Source: a candidate division WOR-3 bacterium
Lineage (GTDB): Bacteria > Hydrothermota > Tepidihabitantia > SM23-42 > CAYGYG01
Direction: 5' to 3'
Length of the DNA: 64,000 nt
Assembly (NCBI GenBank): GCA_965648915.1
Contig: CBFGIV010000002.1
Location: 583-64,582 of the forward strand
Part shown: in pieces, positions 1 through 8,744 of the stretch
Layout: every line of letters begins with the position of its first letter
How positions within the stretch are numbered: the first letter of the stretch is position 1
Made by a program: the position numbers and the translations under genes
Notes under the pieces: generated by a model
Told to the model about the DNA's origin: nothing
Seen by the model: only the letters and a program-made list of their open reading frames with translations
Databases searched by the model: none

Positions 1-1927
1 CCTTATTCCCTTGCAGCCGCCTTTACCCGAGAATCTTGAGACTCAAGATTTTGTCATTGACCAGGTCTGTTATCAGACCAATCAATTTTATCCTGATAAC
101 TGGGCAAAGCTCGAGGAACCGGCCGTGATTCGCGATTATCGGGTGGTGCCGCTCTTGATTCAACCGGTTCGCTATAATCCAGTGACCAACGAACTTCAGG
201 TTGCCACACAGCTCAGGTTGGAACTTATTTATGAAGGCATATCTTCGATTAGCCGCAAGGAGATATTCCGGCCTGCTCCCTCAAGGGCTTTTGAAAAAAT
301 ATATCGGAATTTTATTATAAATTACGACTTCCTCGCACCACCGCAATCACCGATTGATGGAACCTACCTCATTATTGTCCCGGACAATTTCTACAATCAC
401 ATCCTGCCATTAGCACAGTGGAAGAGAAAGAAAGGCTGGCGCACGGTTGTAACCAGGACTTCCCAGATTGGCACGCCGCTTGACTCGGCAAAGATCTACA
501 ACTACATCCATACTGCTTATACTAACTGGCCCTATGCCCCGGACTATGTGCTTTTAGTTGGAGATGTCGAGCATGTCCCTTGCTGGCATCGAGTGAGCAG
601 TAATGCGACTGATCATCAGTATGCCAAACATGAAGGCAGTGACTATTTTGCCGACCTGATGGTAGGCAGGATTTCAATTAAAGATACGATCGAATTGAAA
701 TATGAAGTCAATAAACTTGTAAAGTATGAAAAGAATCCTTATATGGTTCAGACCGACTGGTATAAAAAAGCAACAACCATCGGTGCCTATGAGTCAGGCA
801 ACCCCAATCGCTTCTGGCCGACCTGCATTCGCTGTATGAACATTATGAAGACCTATGCCGGTTTTACTGAAGTTGATACTCTTTTCCAGCGCTGGGGATT
901 GAACCGGGCTGATAGTATTAACAGCAAACTCAGGCAGGGCCGATCCTGGATGCTCTACCGCGGTCACGGCGAGGTTACCTACTGGTATAATGTATCACCT
1001 TATTATGACACACTTCAGGTCAAAGCCCAGGCAAATGGTGAAATGCAGCCGGTGGTTATCGGCCCAACCTGCCTGACCGGAAGTTATGATTCGCCCCGCT
1101 GCCTTTCTGAATACTTTGTTGTCGCTGGTGCCAAAGATGGCGCGACCAAAGGTGCCTGTGGTTATTTCGGTTCTTCGAGGGTAAGCTATTCAGGCTACAA
1201 CGATTCGCTTGCGGTCGGGACTTTCCTCGGCTATTTCCGCGACACTCTAAACTGTTTTGGCCAGGCGACCAACAATGGTAAGATGTATATGTACCGGGCT
1301 TATCCAGGTGGAACCTATACTGAACTTGAATTCGAAATGTTCAATAACTTCGGTGATCCGGAATTGAATCTCTGGTCAGCGATTCCGCTCAATTTAACGG
1401 TAAGCCATCCTACGGCCATCCCGGTTGGCAACTATAATTTTACGGTCACCGTGAATGGCGACAAGGCTCCGATCAAAGGTGCCCTGGTTGGACTTATGGC
1501 TAAGGCCGACACCTCGGTCCATAATCGAGGATTCACTGATGCCAGCGGTTCGGTAACCCTACCCATCCGGACAACGATGCCTGATACTCTTTTTGTTACG
1601 GTCACTGGTAGAAATTACAAACCCTATGAAGGATTTGCCCTTGTCTATGCTGGCGTTGAAGAAGGGTTTGCTCAACCGCCGCTGAAAACACCGTCTTTGA
1701 GAATCTATTCAAATCCAAGCAGGGCCGGGCTCCAATTACAGGGATTAAACCTCAACAGTAATACCGAACTAAAAATATATAATTCTACCGGCCAGTTGGT
1801 TGGCAATTATTCAAAGATACTGATTCCTGGTCAGTGGGTCAAAGTCAAACTTAGTCCTGGCGTATACTTTGTGAAATTCTCGTCCGGTGACCAAGCGGTG
1901 ACCAGAAAGGTGGTTGTTATCGAATAA
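1..1927 (+). CDS. Peptidase C25 (gingipain-like cysteine protease) with T9SS C-terminal sorting domain. The 5' end is truncated by the window edge; the first in-frame start listed is a TTG at 11.
   Basis: Translation shows gingipain-family motifs (LIIVPDNFYN..., a catalytic His in the RGHG context, a Cys in the IGPTCLTGSYD context). The C-terminal ~80 aa (KIYNSTGQLVG...VYFVKF...) resembles a T9SS type-A CTD. The N-terminal propeptide and signal peptide are missing, which implies the gene continues upstream of the window. Confidence 0.8.
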   Translation, partial: LIPLQPPLPENLETQDFVIDQVCYQTNQFYPDNWAKLEEPAVIRDYRVVPLLIQPVRYNPVTNELQVATQLRLELIYEGISSISRKEIFRPAPSRAFEKIYRNFIINYDFLAPPQSPIDGTYLIIVPDNFYNHILPLAQWKRKKGWRTVVTRTSQIGTPLDSAKIYNYIHTAYTNWPYAPDYVLLVGDVEHVPCWHRVSSNATDHQYAKHEGSDYFADLMVGRISIKDTIELKYEVNKLVKYEKNPYMVQTDWYKKATTIGAYESGNPNRFWPTCIRCMNIMKTYAGFTEVDTLFQRWGLNRADSINSKLRQGRSWMLYRGHGEVTYWYNVSPYYDTLQVKAQANGEMQPVVIGPTCLTGSYDSPRCLSEYFVVAGAKDGATKGACGYFGSSRVSYSGYNDSLAVGTFLGYFRDTLNCFGQATNNGKMYMYRAYPGGTYTELEFEMFNNFGDPELNLWSAIPLNLTVSHPTAIPVGNYNFTVTVNGDKAPIKGALVGLMAKADTSVHNRGFTDASGSVTLPIRTTMPDTLFVTVTGRNYKPYEGFALVYAGVEEGFAQPPLKTPSLRIYSNPSRAGLQLQGLNLNSNTELKIYNSTGQLVGNYSKILIPGQWVKVKLSPGVYFVKFSSGDQAVTRKVVVIE

Positions 1928-2271
1928 AGAAACCCTGAATAATCAAGGTTTCGGTAAAATGGTTTTAATACCTGCTACTTATGAGGATTTGTATCAGAGG
2001 GGGAGTTTTATTCGCTTCAGTTTTATGAAATTAACTAAAGTCATCAAAAGTAACCGTCGATCATTTCGCCAACTATTCCAAGAAATATCTTTTTCAGGTT
2101 TACAATCTGATATTGACTAAAATCATATCTTCGGATATATTTATTCGCTTCTCTGTTCTTTGGCATTAATTCTATTCCTGGTTGAGAAGAACAGACTCCG
2201 TCGGTTTCGGGTTTCGAATTTAGTATTTAATACGGTGGGGTCGGGCTTCGGCAACAGGTTTTTTACCTGTG

Positions 2272-2299
2272 GGACTTCTCTTAAAGAAGTCCTTTTTTG
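2272..2299 (+). terminator. Rho-independent terminator-like hairpin (GGACTTCT-cttaa-AGAAGTCC followed by TTTTTTG). It may instead be an attenuator in the leader of the CDF transporter gene.
   Basis: Perfect 8-bp stem with a 5-nt loop and a 6-T run, read directly from the sequence. It is preceded by a second hairpin, ACAGGT-ttttt-ACCTGT, at 2254-2270. Confidence 0.5.
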
Positions 2300-2329
2300 T
2301 TATAATATGAATATTGACGGATAAAAATT

Positions 2330-3289
2330 ATGAAAGGGCTTAATAATTTTTTAATCAAGAGGTTTGTTGTCAATTATAATAAGATTGAGGATCAACAGGT
2401 CCGGTCAAAATATGGTTTTCTTGAGGCCTGGGTATCGATTATCGGCAATACGGTTCTCTTTATCATTAAATTACTCATTGGAATCTTTACCAATAGCATC
2501 GCTTTGCTTGCCGATGCCTTCCATACACTCTCTGATGTTATAACCTCGGCCTGTGTACTGATCGGTTTCAGTATTGCCCGAAAACCGCCTGATAAGGAGC
2601 ATCCCTTTGGTCACGGCCGGAGTGAATATATTGCTACTCTAATAATTGCAATTCTTCTGATAACGGTCGGCTTTGAATTCTTTATCCACTCAATCGAAAG
2701 GATTATCAATCCTCCTCTAATTGTTGGTAATTGGTGGTTAATTATCTTAATGGTCAGCGTCGGCATCTTTAAGGAATGGATGGCGCGATTTTCTATCAAT
2801 CTTGGAAAGATTATTCGATCTGATACCCTGTTGGCTGATGCCTGGCATCACCGCAGTGATGCAATTGCTACATTTCTAATTGCCCTCAGTTTCCTGGGTG
2901 CAATGTTTGGAATCTATCGGCTCGATGGAATCTTAGGCGCACTGGTTTCAATGCTGATAATCTATACCGGCCTTAGACTTAGCCGCAAACCGATATCTAA
3001 TCTAATGGGACAAGGTGCTGGGCCCGAACTTAAATCCCGGATAATAGAAATCGCAAGTAAGATCCCCGGGGTAAAAGATGTCCACGAAATCGATCTTCAT
3101 GAGTATGGCTCAATAAAGATTGTTTCAATCCATATCGAGGTAGAGCCGAATTTGCATGTCAGCCGATCACATGATATCAGTGAAAAGGTTCAGGAGGCGA
3201 TTGACCGGGAACTGGGTACCAAGACCACAGTCCATGTCGAACCTTATATAAGTCAAAGAAAATCAAAAGATAAAAAAATCTCCGGGTAG
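2330..3289 (+). CDS. Cation diffusion facilitator (CDF) family divalent-metal efflux transporter (CzcD/FieF-like)
   Basis: Six predicted TM segments, CDF signature region (HTLSDVITSACVLIGF...PFGHGRSEY), and a C-terminal cytoplasmic domain. Length 319 aa. Confidence 0.85.
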   Translation: MKGLNNFLIKRFVVNYNKIEDQQVRSKYGFLEAWVSIIGNTVLFIIKLLIGIFTNSIALLADAFHTLSDVITSACVLIGFSIARKPPDKEHPFGHGRSEYIATLIIAILLITVGFEFFIHSIERIINPPLIVGNWWLIILMVSVGIFKEWMARFSINLGKIIRSDTLLADAWHHRSDAIATFLIALSFLGAMFGIYRLDGILGALVSMLIIYTGLRLSRKPISNLMGQGAGPELKSRIIEIASKIPGVKDVHEIDLHEYGSIKIVSIHIEVEPNLHVSRSHDISEKVQEAIDRELGTKTTVHVEPYISQRKSKDKKISG

Positions 3290-3334
3290 ATTCAACAATT
3301 TAAACCAAGATAATCTTGTCTGCGTCAAAATTAT

Positions 3335-3892
3335 ATGACTGGTGAAGCAGGCTTGAGTAATGAACAGAATAATCGTCAAGAAGATGAGATCAGTCTGGTC
3401 AATCGGCTCAGGAGCGGAGACGAAGTTGCATTCAACCAATTGTTTGACCGATATCATCTTACAGTTTACAACATCTGTTATCGATTTACCCGGAATTGCG
3501 CTGATGCCCAGGATCTTACCCAGGAGGTCTTTGTGAAGATCTACAAGAAAATAAAGACTTATAATTTTAAGGCCAAGTTTTCAACCTGGCTCTATCGTGT
3601 TACCCTGAATCACTGCATTTCATTCCGACGTAAGGAAAAGACGGCCGGACCTATTGAACCAACGCGGGGTGACTCAGATTTTAAAGAAAGGGTGGAACTG
3701 AAAAGAGCAATCGACCAGGCAATGATAAAACTCCCCAAACAGCAACGGATGGTCTTTATCCTGCGCCATTTCAACCAGTTTTCCTTTGACGAGATTGCCG
3801 AGATCTTAAAGATCTCAACCGGTGCGGTAAAGGCGCATCACCATTTTGCGGTATTAAAGATGAAGGAGTCCTTGATAAACTTAGGGTATTAA
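3335..3892 (+). CDS. ECF-type RNA polymerase sigma-70 factor
   Basis: Sigma-70 region 2 motifs (YNICYRFTRNCADAQDLTQEVFVKIY..., FSTWLYRVTLNHC) and a region 4 HTH (FDEIAEILKISTGAVKAH). Its stop overlaps the start of the downstream gene (TAATATG). Confidence 0.85.
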   Translation: MTGEAGLSNEQNNRQEDEISLVNRLRSGDEVAFNQLFDRYHLTVYNICYRFTRNCADAQDLTQEVFVKIYKKIKTYNFKAKFSTWLYRVTLNHCISFRRKEKTAGPIEPTRGDSDFKERVELKRAIDQAMIKLPKQQRMVFILRHFNQFSFDEIAEILKISTGAVKAHHHFAVLKMKESLINLGY

Positions 3893-3893
3893 T

Positions 3894-4445
3894 ATGAACT
3901 GTTATAAGAAAGAGATACTGATTGACTATATTGAAGGCGAACTGAAGGCCGATGAGCGACGGGCAGTTGAAGAGCATCTCAGCCTCTGCCCGGTCTGCAG
4001 TAAGGAGGTTGCCGATTTAAGACACCTCTATACATTGCTTGAGGCAGATGTTGTCGAAGAACCGAATCGGTCAATAATCAGAGATAATATCGAGAAGGCA
4101 ATAAGGAAAAGATCTCCTTTCCGGATAATATATCTCTTCCCGGCACCGGTCGCTGTGGCCGCTGCAGTTCTGCTTATTTTCCTGCTCAATCGCGGCAGTA
4201 AAGATTTTGAACCGAGCTTTTACTACCCACCCGCTCAGTATGTCTACGAAGGTTCAGATACGATCCAGGTTACGCTGCTGGCAGAGTTGATCGAGATCAA
4301 AACAGGAACATCGCTTGCTGAGATCAGTGCTGATCTCGATAATCGTGTAGAGATGTCCGAATTACTCGAGGAATTAACCGAAAGTGAACAGAGAGATTTT
4401 TATAAAAGTCTTAAGAATCAGTTTGGTCCATTCAATGGAACATAA
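3894..4445 (+). CDS. Putative zinc-finger (ZAS-type, HxxxCxxC) anti-sigma factor with one TM helix
   Basis: N-terminal HLSLCPVCSKE motif, a central hydrophobic helix (FPAPVAVAAAVLLIFLL), and translational coupling to the upstream ECF sigma gene. Confidence 0.6.
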   Translation: MNCYKKEILIDYIEGELKADERRAVEEHLSLCPVCSKEVADLRHLYTLLEADVVEEPNRSIIRDNIEKAIRKRSPFRIIYLFPAPVAVAAAVLLIFLLNRGSKDFEPSFYYPPAQYVYEGSDTIQVTLLAELIEIKTGTSLAEISADLDNRVEMSELLEELTESEQRDFYKSLKNQFGPFNGT

Positions 4446-4467
4446 TTTTATATAAGGAGGTTACAGG

Positions 4468-4989
4468 ATGCGTAAATTGATCATCTTTACATTTATCTTT
4501 TTTATCTCGAACCTTTTTGCTCAGCGACCGCCTGAACCGGTTGATCCCTCGCCCGAACCACGGGGACCCGATACTCCTGAACCAAGAAAATGGATAGAAA
4601 GGGTGATGCTGGTAACAGTTATTGACGAACTAAATCTCAGTGAAGAGCAGACTGCAAAATTTATACCGAAATTTAAAGAACATCAGCGTCTGGAGCAGGA
4701 ATTTTTTAAGAAACGGATGGAGAAATTTAATGAACTGAGAGAATTACTCCATAGTGATAAAATTTCGGATGAGAAACTCAGGATTAAGATCGAAGAGTTC
4801 GAAAGAATGCGCGACGATTTTCAGAAGCGACAGACGGTGTTAAGAAAAGAGATGGAATCGATTCTAACGATCGAGCAGCGGGCAAGGTTTCTTGTCTTTC
4901 AGGCAGATTTTGAGCGGAAGATTCGCGACATCATTGAAAGGGTGCGTAAACAGCGTCCTCTGCAGAAGCGTCTGGAACCGCCTGAATAG
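4468..4989 (+). CDS. Periplasmic Spy/CpxP/ZraP-like (LTXXQ motif) protein with a signal peptide
   Basis: Signal peptide (MRKLIIFTFIFFISNLFA), two LTXXQ-like motifs (LSEEQ, LTIEQ), highly charged helical repeats, and an RBS GGAGG upstream. Confidence 0.55.
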   Translation: MRKLIIFTFIFFISNLFAQRPPEPVDPSPEPRGPDTPEPRKWIERVMLVTVIDELNLSEEQTAKFIPKFKEHQRLEQEFFKKRMEKFNELRELLHSDKISDEKLRIKIEEFERMRDDFQKRQTVLRKEMESILTIEQRARFLVFQADFERKIRDIIERVRKQRPLQKRLEPPE

Positions 4990-5236
4990 GACTGGTTTAG
5001 TCAAATCTTCATACTTCACAAATTTTGCCGCAAACGCCGCTCTTCTTATATCATACAAACTACTTACTTCGCTATTGATCATTTTGCTCGCCGGTTAATA
5101 TCACTTTATCTATAAGACATCTCGGCAATAATACTACTATTATCCCCTCACCAGAAATTTCCCCCAAATAATTCTTTGCATCCACTAAAAAAGCCTTGTT
5201 CTGGGCTTGATATATGGGTTTATCTACATTTTATCA

Positions 5237-5264
5237 TTGACATTTTAAAAGGTATGTTTATAAT
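5237..5264 (+). promoter_or_regulatory. Sigma-70-like promoter (TTGACA, 16-nt spacer, TATAAT) upstream of the second C25 peptidase
   Basis: TTGACA at 5237-5242 and TATAAT at 5259-5264. An AGGAGG RBS lies at 5275-5280, before the ATG at 5286. Confidence 0.4.
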
Positions 5265-5285
5265 AGCAGCAGGTAGGAGGTAGTG

Positions 5286-7616
5286 ATGAAGAAATTCCTT
5301 ATTGTCTTTTTTCTTGTTATGATCGTTTCTGCCGGCGAACTCATCCAAAGTTATACATTCAACCCTGCTGATTTGAAACTAAGCAAAGAAAAAGGATATG
5401 ATGTGGTCCAGATGGCGATGGTGCCGCCAACTGAAGAGATTGGTGCACCCCAACTGCCCGCCTATACTTTTGCCGTATGTATCCCTCCAACAGCAGTTGC
5501 TACTGGTATTGAAGTTGTTTCGATGAAAGAGGTTACAATCCCTGGTGAATATTATGTCTATCCGGCTCAACCGGGCTTGCCTCTTTCGGAAACCAAAGAG
5601 CCGCCCTTCGTTGCCCCCGATCCTCATATCTATAATTCCAGCCGACCATACCCATCTGAAGTTATCGAATATGTCCATACCGGCTCGAAAGGTGGTTTTC
5701 GGGTTGTCGATTTCTTTGTTTATCCGGTCCACTATCAACCAAAAGAACATCGACTCTCATTAATCACAAACCTTGTTGTTAAGATTCATTACCAAGAAAA
5801 TGTGGTGGCTCCAGTGCGAAAAACATCCCGACAGTTAGAATACTTAACCAGTGATTTGATGACCTTGGTTTCTAATCCCGAAGACCTCAGGCGCTTTCGA
5901 CCCCCGGAAAAGGATGTCGGGATCATAGGATCTCCTTATCTGCCACCGGGCAATTATGAGCATGTCATCCTCACCCCATCTGCATTTAAGGATACAATGC
6001 AAAAATTGGCTGACTGGCGAACCAAACTGGGAGTTCCATCCCGGGTTTGCTGTATCGAAAGTGTCAGCGTTTATCCAGGCAGGGATATCCCTGAAAAGAT
6101 GCGTAACTTTATTAAGGATGCCGACACCACTTGGGGGACATCGTTCTTTTTCATTGCGCGTCAGGATCACCCGGTCCAGCAGTATCGAAGGTGTCGGGCA
6201 ATATATTCGAGTTATCGTGACACCTTGCCCTGTGATATGTATTTCACCGACTTAGATCGAACCTGGGATTGTAACCGAAATGGAACCTATGGTGAGTTTC
6301 CCTTTGCGACGGCGGACTCGGTCGATTGTTACTCAGATGTTTATGTCGGTATGATTACAATCGACCAGATTGTTGAGGCGTCGCGCTATCTGGCCAAGTT
6401 GTTCCGGTTTGAGAAGAACCCGGATACAACCTATATCGAAAAGGCATTGCTCCCGGCTAATGTATCTGAGGGTTATCCGAACCATGACTCGATCGCCATG
6501 GCAACCCCACCTGATTGGATTGACTGTCGGATGTACACGAGCGGTGGAAGTGGTGTGCCACCAACACGACGGAATTTCACCGATTCATTAAATGCCGGTT
6601 ATGGACACGGTGCCTATTATGGTCATGGCCTGGTTGATGCTCTGGTACTTGATGATGGTAACTGGACAAGCAACGATGCTATTGCTCTTACCAATGTCAA
6701 CAAACTTAATGTCTTTTTCAGCGCCGCTTGCGATTGTGGTGGTTTTGATCGAACTGGGACGACCAATGGTGACTGCCTGGCAGAAAATATGGCAGTCCAT
6801 GCACCGAACGGATTTGTTGGCATAATGATGAACTCCCGCTACGGCTGGCGCTGGGTTGCTAACTTTTTCAATCAATACTATTTCTATAAGATCCTGCCTT
6901 ACGGTGCGCCCCGGTGTTCCAACTACTGTTATCTCGGTCAGGCAGTGGCAAGGACTAAGGATAACTTCGTTCCCCGGTATGGGTTCACGACCGATTCTTC
7001 ACGTTGGCGCTGGGAGGCATATGAAAAGAACATCTTCGGTGACCCGGCTCTTCGCCTGTGGAATGACCGACCAAAAAGAATGACGGTTTCTCACCCCATC
7101 AGTATCAATGTCGGTAATAATATTCCATTTACCGTGACCGTTGATGGCAATTATGCACCATTGGAATCGGTTCTGGTCTGTCTCTGGAAAGGCACTGAGG
7201 TCTATGCACGAGGCTTTACCAACAGTGCTGGTCAGGTTACGCTTATCATCTCACCCCGGACCGCAGGTAATATGTTTGTGACCGCAAGCAAGCAGAACCG
7301 GATTCCCTATGAAGGTAACTGCACCGTCAATGCTGGTGTTAGCGAAGAGGTTAGCAGTCAGGTGCGACCCTTCAAGATCGAATTGAGGCCCAATCCCTTC
7401 CAGAGACTACTTTTCATCAATCTTCAGACGACGAGAACCGTCAACTTAAAGATCTACGACATCACCGGTAAACTGGTAAGGTCAGTGAATACAAAACAGA
7501 GCTTTGTTTGGAGAGGCGAAGACGAACACGGAAATCGTTGTCCGGCAGGTATTTACTTCTTAAATGTGAAGACCGAGAATATAAACCGGACCTACTCTTT
7601 GATATTGCTGAGATGA
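5286..7616 (+). CDS. Peptidase C25 (gingipain-like) with T9SS C-terminal sorting domain. The ORF track begins at a GTG at 5283; the ATG at 5286 has the better RBS spacing.
   Basis: Signal peptide, C25 catalytic His (GYGHGAYYGHG) and Cys (SAACDCGGFD), and a CTD (LKIYDITGKLVR...GIYFLNV). It is a paralogue of the gene at 1..1927. Confidence 0.8.
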   Translation: MKKFLIVFFLVMIVSAGELIQSYTFNPADLKLSKEKGYDVVQMAMVPPTEEIGAPQLPAYTFAVCIPPTAVATGIEVVSMKEVTIPGEYYVYPAQPGLPLSETKEPPFVAPDPHIYNSSRPYPSEVIEYVHTGSKGGFRVVDFFVYPVHYQPKEHRLSLITNLVVKIHYQENVVAPVRKTSRQLEYLTSDLMTLVSNPEDLRRFRPPEKDVGIIGSPYLPPGNYEHVILTPSAFKDTMQKLADWRTKLGVPSRVCCIESVSVYPGRDIPEKMRNFIKDADTTWGTSFFFIARQDHPVQQYRRCRAIYSSYRDTLPCDMYFTDLDRTWDCNRNGTYGEFPFATADSVDCYSDVYVGMITIDQIVEASRYLAKLFRFEKNPDTTYIEKALLPANVSEGYPNHDSIAMATPPDWIDCRMYTSGGSGVPPTRRNFTDSLNAGYGHGAYYGHGLVDALVLDDGNWTSNDAIALTNVNKLNVFFSAACDCGGFDRTGTTNGDCLAENMAVHAPNGFVGIMMNSRYGWRWVANFFNQYYFYKILPYGAPRCSNYCYLGQAVARTKDNFVPRYGFTTDSSRWRWEAYEKNIFGDPALRLWNDRPKRMTVSHPISINVGNNIPFTVTVDGNYAPLESVLVCLWKGTEVYARGFTNSAGQVTLIISPRTAGNMFVTASKQNRIPYEGNCTVNAGVSEEVSSQVRPFKIELRPNPFQRLLFINLQTTRTVNLKIYDITGKLVRSVNTKQSFVWRGEDEHGNRCPAGIYFLNVKTENINRTYSLILLR

Positions 7617-7652
7617 AGAGTGGATAAGACAGATGAAGTGAACATTCTACTT

Positions 7653-8744
7653 TCACTTCACTATAAATGGTACCGGCGTAAAGGTGAGAATCAGGATAAT
7701 ATAAGGGATTAAAGAGATTAACCTGTCCTTAAACGATAGGGGGGTGATGGTATCCTGTATAACCGGGTCGCGCCGGCTTAACAATAGTGCAATACCCAGC
7801 CAGAAGAACCAGCCGTAGATCCAGCCCTGGCAAAGGAGAATGAGCAGAAGAATTATTACGGGTATGATATAGAGTCTCCTCCTGCCAATGAGAGCATAGG
7901 CAATATGCCCGCCATCGAGCTGGCCGATCGGCATCAGATTCATTGAGGTAACAAGAAAACCGAGCCAGCCGGCATAAGCCATTGGATGGAGAAACAGGTC
8001 ATAGCCCTTAGGGATATTCGGGTGGATAATATTTGCTAAAAGAGCAAATAGTATCGATTCGCCAAGATGGATACCGGCTACGCCCTCACCGGTAAATTTA
8101 ACCTTGGAGAAGAAGAGGCCGATGACGGTCAGGGGTAAGGCAATTATAAAACCGGCCAAAGGGCCTGCCATACCAAGTCTTGCCAGAGCCTGCCGGTTCG
8201 GAATCAATGTCTTGATCCTCATAATTGCCCCAAAGGTCCCGATTAAAGGATGGGGGATGGGTAAAAAGAAAGGCAGGGTGGTTTTGACTCTATTTCTCTG
8301 GGCGGTGAAATAATGGCCAAACTCGTGAAAGGTCAAAATCGCCATCAGGGAGAAAGAGAAGGGGATGCCGGCAACCAAATCCACCGGTCTCTTGGGAAAG
8401 GACCCGATCTGGTGATAACTGCCAACCAGCAGGGTCGATACTATTGTCGCAATAAATAGGATTAAGTTGAGGAGAATTTTTGGTTTCTCTTCCCTGAGAA
8501 AATACGGAAAACACTCAACCATCTCTTTTTTCTCTTTGATCTGAAATATAGGTAGGTAATCGAAGGGCCTGAGTTCATCTTTTATCTTCTCGATATTTTC
8601 TCTCCTGGGCTCGCGAATCTTACCCAAAACAATAATACGGGGACCATAAGTTGCTATACTTTCCACTTCCATAAATTTTGAAATCAGACTAATGATTTGA
8701 TCGTTCATCCCGGTATCCTTTCTCAATAAAATAGAAGAGGACAA
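7653..8744 (-). CDS. Site-2 protease family (peptidase M50) membrane metalloprotease
   Basis: HEFGH (HExxH) motif and the NLMPIGQLDGGH (NxxPxxxLDG) motif within a polytopic membrane protein. The annotated start overlaps the 3' end of mnmG, so the true start is probably an internal Met. Confidence 0.8.
   Translation of the reverse strand: MSSSILLRKDTGMNDQIISLISKFMEVESIATYGPRIIVLGKIREPRRENIEKIKDELRPFDYLPIFQIKEKKEMVECFPYFLREEKPKILLNLILFIATIVSTLLVGSYHQIGSFPKRPVDLVAGIPFSFSLMAILTFHEFGHYFTAQRNRVKTTLPFFLPIPHPLIGTFGAIMRIKTLIPNRQALARLGMAGPLAGFIIALPLTVIGLFFSKVKFTGEGVAGIHLGESILFALLANIIHPNIPKGYDLFLHPMAYAGWLGFLVTSMNLMPIGQLDGGHIAYALIGRRRLYIIPVIILLLILLCQGWIYGWFFWLGIALLLSRRDPVIQDTITPLSFKDRLISLIPYIILILTFTPVPFIVK

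Noticed and set aside
1914-2120. 68-aa ORF downstream of the first C25 peptidase
   Set aside because: Low-complexity, no RBS, and it lies within the hairpin-rich intergenic leader. More likely non-coding.
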